From the human T2T-CHM13v2.0 reference genome, Homo sapiens, in the NCBI RefSeq assembly GCF_009914755.1, contig NC_060930.1: a DNA stretch of 64,000 nucleotides. One strand, given 5' to 3'. Position numbers and translations under genes: made by a program. The notes under the pieces are model-generated. The model did not search any database and was not told the origin of the DNA. It was given only the letters and a program-made list of their open reading frames with translations. Of the stretch, positions 1-15,485 are shown piece by piece; the stretch's first letter is position 1; each line of letters opens with the position of its first letter.

Positions 1-1439
1 TTCTGTTATGATTAGGGATACTGCACATTTCTTCATACGTTTACTGGCCACTTGTATGTATTCTTTTGAGAATTGCCTGTTCTTGTCTTTTGCCCACTTT
101 TTAATGAGGTTTTTTGCTAGTTGATTTTTCTCTATAGATTCTAGAGATTAGGGCTTTGTTAGATGTATAATTTTTGAATATCTTCTCCCATTCTATAGGG
201 TGTGTTTGCTCTGTAGATAGTTTATTTTGCTGTTCCAGAAGCTCTGTAGCTTAATTAGGTCCCACTTGCATAATTTTTTTAATTGTAGTTGCTTTTGGGG
301 GCTTAGCCAAAAATTCTTTGACAAGAAGAATATTTTCTAGGTTGTCTTCTGGGATTTTTATAGTTTGAGGTCCTGAGTTTACATATTTGATCCATTTTGA
401 ATTAATATTTTTATATGTTGAAAGGTAGGGGTCCAGCTTCAGTCTGCATCTGGCTAGCCAGTTATCCCAGCACCATTTACTTAATAGAGAGTACTCTGCC
501 CATTGCTCGTTTTTGTTGACCTGGTAAAAGATCAGATGGTATTACATGTGTGGCTTTATTTCTGAGTTTTCTATTCTGTTCTTTTTGGTCTATGTGTCTG
601 TTTTTGTACCAGTACCATGCTGTTTTGGTTACTGTAGCTTTATAATATAATTTGAAGCCAGGTGGCGTGATGCCTCCAGCTTTGTTCTTTTTGCTTAGGA
701 TTACTTTGGTTATTTGGGCTCTTCTTTGTTTCCATATGAATTTTATAATAGTTTTTTCTAATTTTGTGAAGAATGATATTTGTAGTTTGATAGGAATAGC
801 AATGAATCTGTAAATCACTTTGGGCAGTCCGGCCACTTTTACAATATTGATTCTTGTAATCCATGAGTATGGAATTTTTTTTGTTTATTTGTGTCATCTC
901 TAATTTCTTTCAGCAGTGTTTTGTAGTTCTCCTTGTAGAGATCTTTTACATCGTTGGTTAGCTGTATTCCTTGCTGTATTACTAGATATTTCATTTTCTT
1001 TGTGGCTATTGTAAGTGGGATTGTGTTCTCAATTTCATTTTCAACCTGGACGTTGTTGGTTTATAGAAATGTTACTGACTTTTAAATAGTAATGTTGTAT
1101 CCCAAAACTCTACTAAAATCATTTTGCCAGTTCTAGGAGCCTTTTGGCAGAGTCTTTAGGATTTTCTTGATATATAACCCTATGATCAGTGAAGAGAGAT
1201 AGTTTGAGTTCCTTTTCCTATTTGAATGTCTTTTATTTATTTCTCTTGCCTGATTCCTCTGGCTAGGACTTCCAGTATTATATTGAATGGGAATGGTGAG
1301 AGTGGGCATCCTTGTCTTATTCAAGTTCTCAAGGGGAATGGTTTGAGCTTTTGCCCATTCAGTATAATGTTGGCTATGGGTTTGTCATAGATAGCTCTTA
1401 TTATTTTGAAGAATGTTCCTTTAATGAATAGCCTGTTAA

Positions 1440-1748
<309 letters not shown>

Positions 1749-4700
1749 TAAGGGTTTTTATAATGAAGAGATGTTGGATATTATTGAAAGCTTTTTCTGC
1801 ATCTATTGAGATGATCATATTGTTTTTGCTTTTAATTATATTTATGTGGCAAATCACATTTATTGATTTGTATATGTTGAACCAACCTTGCAACCCAGGA
1901 ATAAAGCCTACTTGATTATGATGTATTAATTTTTTGATGTGCTGCTGGATTTGGTTTGCTAATATTTTGTTGAGGAATTTTGCATCTATGTTCATCAGGG
2001 GCATCAGCCTAAAGCTTTCTTTTTTCATTACCAGATTCAGGTATCAGGCTAATTCTGGCTTCATAGATTGAGTTAGAGAGGAGCTCCTCTTCCTTGATAT
2101 TTTGGAATAGTTTCAGTATGATTGGTATCAGTTATTTGCACATCTGGTAGGATTTGGCTGTGAATGTACCTGGTCCTGGGTTTTATTTTGGTTGGTAGAA
2201 TCTTTATTGCTGATTCAATTTCAGAACTAGATATTGGTCTATTCAGGGGTTCATTCTCTTCCTGATTCATTCCTGGGAAATTGTGTGCTTCCAGGAATTT
2301 ATCCATTTTCTCTAGATTTTCTAATGTGCATGCATAGAGCTGTTTATAATAGTTTCTGATGATCTTTGTATTTCTGTGGGGTCAACTGTAATATCTCCTT
2401 TATCATTTCTGATTGCACGTATTTGGATCCTCTCCTTTTTCTTGGTTAATATAGCTAGTAGTCTATCAATTTTATTTATTTTTTCAAGAAACCTAACTTC
2501 AGTGATCTTTTGTATGGATTTTTGTAGCTCAATTTCATTAAGCTCTTCTCTAATTTTAGTTAGTATTTTTCTCCTAGCTTTGGGGTTGGTTTGTTCACAT
2601 TTTTCTGCTTTCTTTAGGTGCAAAGTCAAATTGTGAATTTGAGATCTCTCTAAATTCTTGATGAAGGTGTTTAGAACTACAAACTTTCCTCTTAACACTG
2701 CTTTGGCTGTATCCCAAAGATTTTAATATGTTGTTTCCCTATTTTTGTTAATTTCAAAAATTTTTTAAATTTCTGCCTTAATTTTAATGCTGTCCCAGAA
2801 GTTGTTCCAGAGCAAGTTGTTTTATTGCCATGTATTTCTGTAGTTTTGAGAGATCTTCTTGATATTGATTTATATTTTTATCATGCTGTGGTCTGAGTCT
2901 GTGCTTGGTATAATTTTCATTTTTTAAAAAATTTTTGTGACTTGTTTTATGACCAAGCATGTGTTTGATCTTAGAATATGTTTCATGAGCAGATGAGAAG
3001 AAGGTATATTCTGTGGTTGTTTGGTAGGGTGTTCTGTAGATGTCTATCAGGTCCATTGGTCAAGTGTTGAGTTTAAGTCCACAGTTTGTTAATTTTCTGC
3101 CTTCGTGATCTAATACTGTCAGTGGGATGCTGATATCTCCTACTATTCTTGTGTGGTTGTCTAAGTCTTTTTGCAGGCCAAGAAGAACTTGTTTCATAAA
3201 TTTGGGTGCTCTGGTGTTGGGTGTGTATATACTTAGGATAGTTAAGGCTTCTTGTTTTGTTGTACCCTTTATCAATACATAATGCTCTTCATTGTCCTTT
3301 TAATTTTTATTGGTTTAAAATCTGTTTCATCTGATATAGGCATAGGAACTCTTGCTGTTTGCTTTCTGTCTACATGATAGATTGTTTTCTATCCTTTTAC
3401 TTTGAGCCAGTGGGTGTCGTTACATGTGAGATGGGTTTCTTGAAGACAATAGATAGTCAGGTCTTATCTTTTAATTCAGCCTGCCCCTCTCTGTCTTTTA
3501 AGTGGGGTGGTTAGCTCACTTACATTAAATGTTAGTATTGATATTTGTGACTTTGATCCTGTCATTGTGTTGTTAGCTGTTTGTAATGTAGACCTAATTG
3601 CACAATTGCTTTATAGTGCCTGTGGGCTATGTGCTTAAGTGAGTATTTGCAGTAGCAGGAGTTGTTCATTCATTCCACATTTACCATTCACTTAAGGATC
3701 TCTTATAAGGCTGGTCTAAGTGAAACATATTCCTTCAGCATTTGCTTGTCTGAGAAGAATTTTATTTCTCCATCACTTGAGAAATTTAATTTTGTAGGTT
3801 CTTGTTTGGAATTTCTTTTCTTTAAGGCTGCTGAAAATAGGCCTCCAATATCTTCTGGCTTGTAAGGTTTCTAGTGAGAGGTCTGTTGCTAACCTGATAA
3901 GGTTCCCTCTGTAAGTAACCTGCCCCTTCTCTCTAACTGCCTTTAATATTTTTTCTTTTGCATTGACATTGGTGAATCTGATGATTATGTGCCTTGGCAA
4001 TGGTTATCTTTTACAGTATTTAGCTGGGATTCTCTGTACTTATTGGTTTTGCATGTCAAACTCTGTAGCAAAATTAGCGGGAGTCTCATGAACTATATCC
4101 TGAAATATATTCTCTACATTGCTATTCTCTTTTCTTCTCTCTCAGAATGCCAGTGAGTCATAGATTTGTACTCCTTACATAATCTCATATTTCTTAGAGG
4201 TTTTGTTTCTTTTTCTTAATTCTTTTTTGTTTATTTTTGTCTTACTGAGTTGATTTGAAGAACCAGTCTTTGAGCTCTAAAATTCTTTCCTCAGCTTAGT
4301 CTATTCTGCTGTTAATACTTTTGATTATATTTGAGATTCTTGTAAATTTTTCAGCTCAAAATTTCAGTTTGGGTCTTTCTTAAAATGGCTGTTTGATCTT
4401 TCAGCTCTTGAATGATTTTACTTCATTTCTTGGCTTCATTGAATTGAGTTTCAACTTTCTTATGGATCTTAATGAGCTTCCTTGTTATCCAGATCCTGAA
4501 TTCCATGTCTGTCATTTCAGACATTTTAGACTGGTTAAGAACCATTGCTGGGGAGCTGGTAGGCTCATTGGAGGAAAGGGGACACTCTGGCTTTTGAATT
4601 GCCAGTTCTTGTGCTGATTCTTTATCATCTAGGAGGGTTGGTGTCCCTTTAACTGTGGTATAAATTAAGGACAGTCAGTTGGCTTTATTTCTGGAAGTTT

Positions 4701-4973
4701 CAGAGGTCCAAGGCTCTGTACAGGGTCTTTGTGATTGAATTCTTGTCCTTGGTTGTGCAGTGGGGAGAATCAGTGTTGTAGTTCGGGCTACAATCTCATA
4801 AATGGCACTTGAGAGCAATGGATGGTAGATAGGCTCTTACTCAGCAGTGCAGTTCCTTTGTGTATCCTCACATTTGCAGCTATGATCTCTGGGGCAAGGA
4901 GGAGAGGAGTGACCCCCTCACCAGTTTCTTTTCTGGGTCTTTGGGGAGCCACATTTGATCACTGGCCCACAAT

Positions 4974-4999
4974 TTGTTGTTGTTGTTGTTGCTGTTGTT
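4974..4999. repeat. (TTG)n microsatellite
   Basis: ttgttgttgttgttgttgctgttgtt. Confidence 0.85.
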
Positions 5000-6199
5000 A
5001 GGTCTTATAGACCACAAGTTTCCCTTGGGCAGAGGTCTGGCAGGGGCCAGTTCTGTGGAGGGAGGCACATGCAGATCCCACACCACTCTGCAAACCTGTA
5101 TGACTCATCCCTGTCAGTTTTCTGAGAGTGTGGGCTCCTCCCCTGCTCAAGTGCTGGGCATAGATCCTAGCTTAGCACTCCTGAGCAACAAGCAACAGCC
5201 CTGCAGCATGAGGGCCTGCTTGTGGCTTTCTCCTCTGGACCCCTGGGGTTGGATTTAGGTTGCATTAGGGGGCCCAAAGCTTTCTCAGGCTATCAGCACT
5301 CAGTCAGATAAAACAAAGCACCCAGGCTGGGCAGTGGAGGTTTCACTGTGTACATGCTCCTGCAGGGTGGCCAGGCAGGAGCAGCTAGCAGGCAGGTGGG
5401 CCTGCAGGACAGATGTGCCCCAGTTCTGCTGGGAAGTTGGCCCTCCTTTCTCCCAATCTGGTGGTTACCTGGGGCCAGGGCCTCTCAGAGGGGCATGGGA
5501 CACTCTGGAGGATAGGTGCTTATGGCCAGCATTCATCAAAGCTGTCTTGCACACAAAGGTCCCTGGCTATATGTCTGTTGTAGATATGACTCTGTCTAAT
5601 CTCCAGGGAGATATCTCTGCCAGCTCAAATGTCCATGGCAAGTGTGGGGTCTCCTGCAGCTAGGGACCCAGAGGTTCAAGAAAAGATAGTCCCCCAGTCC
5701 CTTCACTCACCCCTTCCCAAGAAGCCAACCAGAGCCAGGAACCAGCCCTAGCATTCAGGCACCCCACACAGCCTTCTCAATCTTCTTCCATCTTCAGCCT
5801 CAGCACCTGCACCATTTTTTACATAGACATTTGGAAGGATCCAAGGAGAAGATAAGCTAAGCACAGTTACTGAATAATTGTCCAGAAAAATCAGTGGGCA
5901 CAGTCATGAATGGACCCTAGAAACCATATGGCCCACCATAAGGCATAGGCATCTAGGTATTATCTGCTTCTAAGTTCACCGAGGACTATATCTCATTCTC
6001 TAGTGTAGGTCAAAGAGAACTCATCTTGGGGAAGTATACTTAGCTAATCCAAGCAGTAGAACATGGGAGAGAAAACCAAAACGTCATCAACACACATCAA
6101 AACAAGCCAAGAAACTGGGCCAAGCTCCCTTTGGCACTCTATCCTCAGGGTAAAAAGATGGTAGACTGGTCGCTGGAATCCTGAGAATAACAGCCTTCC

Positions 6200-6467
6200 A
6201 CATGTCTGTTTTCCAAGTCACACTATTCCTATCTGTTCTCATTCTCCACATCAGGTATTCATCTGTCATGGCATACTCCATATCTTTCTCCTTTTTATGT
6301 TTTAATATCTGATTTTGATAGAGCATGTGTTCTAGTAGCTTCTTGAGAAAAGGTACAATGACAGGAAACTACACTTTTTTTCAGATTTTGAATGCCTAAA
6401 TATTTTCTCTTATACAACTATTTAATTGATAATTTGATTAGTGACGGAATTCTAGCTTGGAAGTACA
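6200..6467 (-). mobile_element. Ancient L1M (L1ME/MD-like) fragment
   Basis: 'tttaattgataatttgattagtgacggaattctagcttggaagtacattttc' resembles the reverse strand of old L1M ORF1. Confidence 0.45.
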
Positions 6468-7835
<1,368 letters not shown>

Positions 7836-9235
7836 CTAAATCGCTCCGTAATCTCTACCCTGAATTCATCCCCAATCACTCCAAAATTTTAATTTAAAAC
7901 TCATAGATTTCTAGTCTAATCAAAAATATTTGTTAGTGGGTTATACTAACACAGTAATAAAATAGTATGGCCCATTAAAAAGATTATTTGCAGGGAAAAG
8001 TCCTTTGAAGACATTTTATAATTATTTCTGAAAGTAACTAATTGTTTTTGATGTAACTGATGCAACTGATCCATATTTGAATAGTCAGGTATCAAAATCA
8101 GCTGCTACCACGGTCATTTTATCTTGCTATTTAATCATCAAGATTCTTGAAGTAATTTATCTCCCTGGCAACATTGTAGCATTGAGAGGAAAATAACTAC
8201 AGGGCAATTATGTTTTTCATTAGCATATTCCACAAATTTTCTTTCTTCATAAAATAAAAATACAGTAGATAATACTTTTCTTGACAGTGCCTCAACAGTT
8301 AACTTTTCATGCAATTCTCACACTTTTACAAATAAATGTCTAAAATTGACCATTAACAGTTAATGAGGCTTAAAAGTACCTGCTACAAATTGGCTTGATT
8401 TTCTCCAAAGAACATTTAAAAATCAATGTATCTACCATAATAGCTCTCTATATTGTTTGCCATACATCCTGCTGCCCATCTGGCCTTCTCACAAATGAAG
8501 GGCTGCCCACAGGACACCACAGCGGCTGCTCTGTATGGTTATATTACTCATTCCACCACCATAGTTTCACTTACTTTGTTTCCTCACATGATATACCCTA
8601 TCTTCTTTTCCCCTTTATCAAAATCTTAGCCAACCTTTAAGACTCAAGTTTTACTTTCTTCCTGAAATCTTGGCTATTCCAGGTGTTATTAAATTATTAC
8701 AACTATAAATTCCTATAACATATAATAACATGGTGACTGGTGTATATTCTGTTAACAAACATTGTTGTTTATTAAGGTCCAAGCATTATGGACTGGAAAT
8801 ATAATGATTTCAAGAAAATATATGAATGCTATCCCTCAGGAGCTTACTGTTGTTCCATATATATGTATATATTCTATATACATATATATGTTCCATATAC
8901 ATACATATATGTCTTCCTATCTAAATGTAAATGTTTTAAGAAATTATACTCACATTTAATCCTAATAGGGCCTCTAGATCCAACTCCAAGCTTCTAATAT
9001 AGAGATGAGAACATATGTATATACCAGTAATAAAAAAAATTAGATTTCCTAACTATCCATAGAGCCTAAAAGAAAAAATAGTGCTTTACCATAAATTCTT
9101 TCAAAATTATTTAATGTCACTTACATAGCTTCCAGCCATTAAAATATGCATTTCCCATGTTGCTCTCATTGCATTACTCTATTCCTTCTATCTCTGGTGC
9201 ACCATATAATAATTTTTTTATTTTGCTTACAAGAA

Positions 9236-9440
9236 AGTGGTGAAAAGTATAGATTCTGGCTCTAGGTGGCCTAGATTTGAATTCTAGAATCTTATATATA
9301 AGACCTTGACTTGCCTTAGTTCCATCATCTGTAAAATGGGGATAAGTATATGTAGTTTATAAGGTGATTATAAAGATTAAATAAATTTATAAATGTAAAA
9401 TACTTTAAAAAGTACATAGTAAATGCCTAGGAATTTCTAT
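9236..9440 (+). mobile_element. MIR SINE
   Basis: MIR core 'catctgtaaaatggggataa...aggtgattataaagattaaataa'. Confidence 0.75.
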
Positions 9441-9942
9441 TTGTGATAATTATTACTACTCATGGTACTATTAGGAGGTAGCAGTCAGGTGTTGCTATTC
9501 AACATCTACAGATAAAACACTTGAGCCAGAAAGAGAATATTTGATGTATTATGAATTATAGTGAAAACAATCTCTAAAGCCAGAATGTGAACTCCATGAA
9601 TTCACTGGCTTTGGTGTGAGCATTGAGTGGCATACCCTCTTCCACTGAACAGCCTGCTTTCAGGTTCAGTACAACACAGTATTTGATGTTGAGTGGTTAC
9701 ATGAAAAGGATAAATAAGGCATGATCTCTTTTCCCAAGTAGTTGATTATCTGAGCTGTGCTAAATAGTGTTATACTACTTTGTCTTCTAACTGTGCTACT
9801 ATGATAGATGTTAGTGGAATTTCCTTTGACCAAAATCTAAGAAGGCACACCCTTAATTTTGTTGTGCTTGGCCTTTTCTATAGCAGTAATAATATGTGAG
9901 TCAGTAATTGAGATTACTATTAGAGATGGCATGTCCAAATAA

Positions 9943-10510
9943 TGTATCAGTCAGAACTCTTAGTTGCAGATGATTGAATCCCCTACAGCTAATTTAAACA
10001 GAAAGGGGTTTATTAAAAGATATAGTTAGCTTATAGAATTTCCTTGAGGTCCAGGAAAGTATATAGTTATATGGCCAGGAAAAAGAATAACAAGGAGAAA
10101 TGCCCAACTACAATACAGAACTATTCTGGTAGCCCTATTGCTACCATCTCATACACTTCAAAGTCTATGACATAAAGGCTGGACATTGAAATCTTCTCTA
10201 CTGCTACCTTAAAGGAACAGATCCTGCCACTAACTTGCTTGCAAGAAGATCCAACAGCACTGTGGCAGCCACTTTCTCATGTTGGTCATTTCCTCCTTCT
10301 AAGTCTTAACAAAGCTGTATCTGCTTGGCAAAATCAAAGCCATACTAGAAACCTACCTTCAAGGAATCAGGCCTCCTCCTTCCTCTCTCCTCCTCCTTCT
10401 CTTTCTCCTCCTCCTCTTCTTCCTCTGTTTCTGTTATTTTTAGTTCAGGAGACAAGCTAGAAATGTATTAAAGCAAGTGTTGAGTGAAACAATTCACAGT
10501 ATCCGCTACG
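9943..10510 (-). mobile_element. ERVL LTR (LTR33-like), 3' LTR of an ancient provirus
   Basis: Starts tgtatcagtcagaactcttagttgc and ends acagtatccgctac. Abuts a decayed ERVL polypurine tract (revcomp ccaaagatgtggac). Confidence 0.6.
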
Positions 10511-11500
10511 TCCACATCTTTGGTTACTCAACACTCTTCTTCCCATGTTTGAGTTTCTAAACAATTATATAGAAATTACAACATGCTCTCACTTAATATA
10601 AAGCAAACATTTCTCTTACAAATAAATATGCTCTCATCTTTTCCCCAAAAGGGAAGACCCAAAATCTCATTTGTGATATTCATTCTACTTCTAGGCTGAT
10701 TGGAATTATTTATTGATTCCTGTAATATATGAACTAATATATTTTATCACTTTATCAAATGGAAGTGGGAGAGGAGAAGAAAAACAACTGGTAAATTATA
10801 TCAACATGTGAATAACAGAGTAAAAAAAAACATTATTAACTACTAAAGTCCTCTTTTCTGCAACTGGTAATGATGTTCTACATGGTATTTACAACTTTTT
10901 CCCCACCCTTCATTCATTCATGTTTCCTTTGCCCTCAGCCAGAAACACATCTGGTTCAGGTTCTCTGTCTGGTGGTGTGACCCAGCCTTCTTTATTGAAA
11001 AGTGTGCACCTTGATAGTTTCACCTGTATGGGGTTATTGTAGTCTCCATTAACTTTACCACTGGGCATAGCAGTACCAAGAGGCAACTCAAAAAATGTTT
11101 TGAGTTTATGTCCTATGATCTCTCCCTGATGCTCAAGCAACAAAATGATATCCCCTTGATAATCAAGATCATCATCTCTAACCAATTTTCATTTCTTGTT
11201 TTTATGATCATTTTTCCAGTGGTATTAAAAATCTCAAAGTGACTTAGTGTCAGTACCAACTTTCATTTCTATGTTTCCCCTGATGAAAGCTTTTCTCCTT
11301 GAATACTAAAATATCTAATCAAGTAAAGACACAGTTGTAGGGAAGTGACGTGAAAACTTTGAGCAGGTCATTAGGTATAATAATAAGGGTTGTCATCTCA
11401 CTTCTAAGGTTTCTGGATGCCTTATATTCAGTCTATAGAAAAAACAATAGCACCTTAAATCAACTGCTGGCTCAGAGCAAGGAATGCTTTCTCTAAGAGA
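10511..11500 (-). mobile_element. ERV-L internal fragment (3' end of pol: dUTPase/integrase-end relic)
   Basis: ORF 10910-11185 (DLDYQGDIILLL...KVNG...WVTPPDREPEPDVFLAEGKGN) aligns by eye to ERV-L pol (DPDYQGEIGLLL...KVNGK...WVTPPGKEPRPAEVLAEGKGN). Confidence 0.75.
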
Positions 11501-11505
11501 GTATC

Positions 11506-11842
11506 CAGTGGTGTGCTGGCATATATTTAAGAACTAGCTCAGAAAAATAAAAGGCTTTGATTTCTATCATTAGCTTATTTTGGTGGTATAAATGTTCCTA
11601 CCATGTTTGACATCATTAAACACAGAAGTGGGAAGAGGTATGCTGCGTAGCACACCACTATATTGTATTTTTACCATAAAGACACAATAAACATAGATAA
11701 CCTCAAGATCACAGGTAATGGCAAAATTTAGTGAACTGATTAAAATGTAGTAAGTTCTATTGAGTATTGATTGTTGTTAATTTTAAGTTTGTGCAACTTA
11801 ATTTTTAGTAATGACTGTGTTTAACAAATGGCTTACAAAATG
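11506..11842. mobile_element. hAT DNA transposon fragment (MER63-like)
   Basis: Terminal motif cagtggtgtgctgg and internal 'tataaatgttcctaccatg'. Confidence 0.6.
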
Positions 11843-12037
11843 GGGCTAACAATATCTATCTCACATGCACATTTTTTCTGACATCAGTAAGAGTGTACAA
11901 AGATCTCATTTATATATCGTTCACCTTAATAAATTCTGGCTATAATTCTATAGATACCTTAGCCAGAGTGCCTTATGACGTTTTTAGAATAGTTTTTTCA
12001 ATTCCTACCTGATCAAAACAATATTAATTCCATCTAG

Positions 12038-12068
<31 letters not shown>

Positions 12069-12087
12069 TAATATATGTATATATATA
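12038..12087. repeat. (CT)n(AT)n microsatellite
   Basis: Visible dinucleotide runs. Confidence 0.85.
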
Positions 12088-12479
12088 ATTGATAGAATAA
12101 ATTTAAAAATACATATTAATTTATTATAGCATATTTTTCTGTTTGGACAATGAATGTTGTCAAATATGTATTATGCCTATGCTATCAACAGGAGAGCAAC
12201 AAAAAGTTCTTATAAACCTCATGGGGAAGGGAACCTGATGTGGGTTTATTATAGTCTCTCCAAAACCCACCCATATGGTCAACTATTGGCACTAAAATGA
12301 TAAATGAATCTTAGTTCTTCTACTGAGTGGAGGCATGGGCAACAAGCCACATGCTCTCTGGTTACAATTGGATTCCTTATTTTTGGAATATTTTGAAATA
12401 GCCACCAAATTCCTAAGAGATAATTGATTTTAAAAATACAATTTCTGTGAGATTTTTTATCATTAAATTCCAAAAGATC

Positions 12480-12572
12480 AGTCTTTTCTGTCTTTTCACA
12501 CTGTATTCTCAGTGCTTAACATAGTACATGAAACATAGCAGGCACTCAATAAATATTGCTTGAATAAATAAA
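12480..12572 (+). mobile_element. L2 3' end
   Basis: 'acatagcaggcactcaataaatattgcttgaataaataa' is the L2 terminus. Confidence 0.75.
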
Positions 12573-13723
12573 TTGATTATTTAAACTTTTGTGTTTTTCT
12601 CTTTAGGAAACCTAGCCTAATTAAAAAGTGTGTCTAAAATGCCATAATACTGTGACCCTCTGTATGATCCTATGATTATATGTTTATAATCAGGACTCAG
12701 TTGATTTTATTTCAAACATCTGAGGCAAATATAACTCAGGAGGAAAAATTTAGCTTCTCATGTCAACAAATGATAGAGGATCTCTGCAGAAATCTGTTAG
12801 TACCAAAAATTACCCATTAGGTAATTACATAGCTTAATTTCTAAATCAATGAAGGGCTCTCTGTACATGAAGATAAATTCAACTACACACATATTTTTAA
12901 AAGCTAATAGGAGGGCTATAGCATGACTTAGATTTATATAGTATAGCAAAAGCAGGCTTCATCAGCTATCATGATGAAATGTGTGGTAATTTTGTCCACA
13001 TAGATACTTTCTGAATATCAATGACAAGAACTTGAACCCTTACCCCTGATTTAAAACTAAAAAATATAAGAACAACCTTCCAATGGGTGGAGGTTGTTAT
13101 TCAGGTTCAAAATGTTAAACAGTACTCCAAGGAGTGAAGTCAAGTGTAGGTTACCAGACTGAAGTCATTTTCACGATGTTGAGGCAGAAAAGTAAAATTT
13201 GGCACTGACTCCAAGCAGGGAGCAGGTCACCAGCACAGAGAAGATATAGGTAATCTAGGATTTTTGATTAATGTGATGGGGTATAAAGGAGAACTGGTCA
13301 AAGCTTTTTTAGAATAGCAGGAAACTGTCCATGGGACAAAATAAACAACTTTTCATATCCATTTGCTTACAGGCTTTCATGACCATGAGAAAAGGATTGA
13401 ATTGAGACGAGGGCTTGTGAAACATTTATGAAAGCGTTTCTCTATCTGAATGAGTTTTTGCTAGAAAAATATAAAACTTTCTTGACATGACAGTGTTTGT
13501 GTGGAAATTGAAATGGTGAAGATCCTCGATCTAGATAACCAATTTATTTTTTGTAGCTTCTTATATTTCTATGTATATGTATCTGACTGTGTATATGTAG
13601 ATCTACAACTATCTTTATTTCTGTATATCTTATATAAATATATTTTATATATTTGGCATATTGATTACTTCAGCTGTCCCGAAGTCATGACGTTAGGTAA
13701 ATTTCTCCTGGTATTGGTAACAG

Positions 13724-14325
13724 TGTGGTAGGTGCCTCTAAAATGAGCCCCCATGATCTGTTCCTGTGGGTATTCATGACGTTGTGCAATCACCTCCCCT
13801 TGTGTGTTGCTTGGGCCTAGTGACTCTCATAACAAATAGAATATGGTAAATATGATTAGATATCACTTCTGAGGATAGATTACATTAAAATAAAACACTC
13901 TGGCTTCTGTCTTGCTCAATCTCTCTCATTATTTTTTGCCCTCTTTCAGAGCCCTTGCTCTGAGGGATACCAGCTGTCTGTTATGAGTAGCTCTATAAAA
14001 AGCACCATGTGGCAAAGAACTGACGTCTCAGGTTAACAGTTAATCAGGACTAAGGTCCTTAGTCCAAGAGCACTAGAGGAACAGAATCCTGCCAGTGAAC
14101 ATGCAAGTGAGCTGAGAGGTGAACCCACCCCAGTCAAGCTTTGAGCCTTCTGTTGCCCTAGCTGACACTTTGATCACAGCCTGTCAGATACCCTGAGCCA
14201 GAGGATCCAGAAAGCTGCACCCAGAATCCTGAACCACAAAACTGAGAAATAATAAATGTGTGTTGATAGTGTGTTTATTAAGTTTTGGAGTAATTGGTTT
14301 GCAGTAATTATTAATATAAATAGAT
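13724..14325 (+). mobile_element. MaLR solo LTR (MLT1F-like)
   Basis: Begins tgtggtaggtgcctctaaaatg; contains aaatagaatatgg...cacttctgag; ends with aataaatgtgtgttg...aagttttggagtaatt. Confidence 0.8.
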
Positions 14326-14514
14326 ATATTCTTACTAGCAAAGCTATTATTTAAACTGTTTTGTTGGCCACTTGTTAACTCACGTTAAATTTGCAGCAAG
14401 ATACAACTACTGAGCTTTTTAATTCTAGTCTCCTCTACTTCAAAGAGTGTGAGAGATATCTACCGCAGCAGTGTCTGGATCTGAATTGCTTACACTCACT
14501 TCTCAGCCTAACCA

Positions 14515-14605
14515 TACATTAGTTGTGTATTCTTGAAAAGTTATTAAACTTCTCTTGACTTTATTGTTGGCATGCATCTGTAAAATGGGGACGATAATAG
14601 TATCC
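14515..14605 (+). mobile_element. MIR fragment
   Basis: catctgtaaaatggggacgataatagtatcc core. Confidence 0.6.
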
Positions 14606-15039
14606 ACAGACTCCCTACTACCCACCGCCTCCCTCGCCACATATACACTCTGAAATTCCTTGATTTCATGGCTAGTCTCCAGGACAAAACTATGTGGGAA
14701 AGACCTGGAAGTGCTGTTCAATCTAATCCTGTTACTCTGTAGATTAACTACAGATCATTGATCTACCTAGAAATTTTGTGAATAAATCTCTAGGAAGTCT
14801 GATACTGCTGACTAAAATGTCTGGAAAAATTATTCTTTGACAATTATAATTTAAAGTGTCAGAATATAAGAATTAAAAGTTACTTCAATGTCTTATTATA
14901 TGTTTTTCTAGATCAGATGAGTAAAATGAAATAGTGAAAGTTTAGATAATTTTCAGGCTTTTACTATTTTATGTCCCTTTTTTCAGTTACAACTCTTACC
15001 ACAATATTGTGCAATATGCCTGTTTTATATTCCTTCTTC

Positions 15040-15155
15040 CATTGTTCTATGAAGTCTATAAGGGCAAGAAGATTTCTTTTTCATATCTACAATTTCAGAA
15101 ATCAGCATAGAGCTTGGCATACAATAGAGGCTCAATGAAGGTTTGCTGAACAAGG
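15040..15155 (+). mobile_element. L2 3' end
   Basis: gcatagagcttggcatacaatagaggctcaatgaaggtttgctgaa. Confidence 0.6.
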
Positions 15156-15369
15156 AAACACATGCATGCAAAGTCAATGATAAATACAGAAAACTTTGAA
15201 ATAATTCCTTGTGTATTGATTTACATAAATGATGCTTTTATTATATAATTGAAGTTAATAAAGTTACAAATGAATATTAGAATTAATCACTCAAGAAGCA
15301 TTTATCTAAGAACACCCCTCCTGACTTTTGTAATTTTTCTCTGTTCAATAGAGAATAGGACCTCTTTGG

Positions 15370-15485
15370 TATATGTGTGTATGTGTGTGTATTCATATAG
15401 TTATATATGTGTATATCTATGCACATATATAATATACTGTTCATGTATACTGTATATATATGCACACATATACATACATATATGT
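15370..15485. repeat. Degenerate (TG/TA/CA)n simple repeat
   Basis: Alternating purine-pyrimidine tract. Confidence 0.8.

Noticed and set aside
4880-5663. ORFs with poly-L/poly-N, signal-peptide-like starts
   Set aside because: Translation of a (TTG)n microsatellite within an L1 5'UTR.
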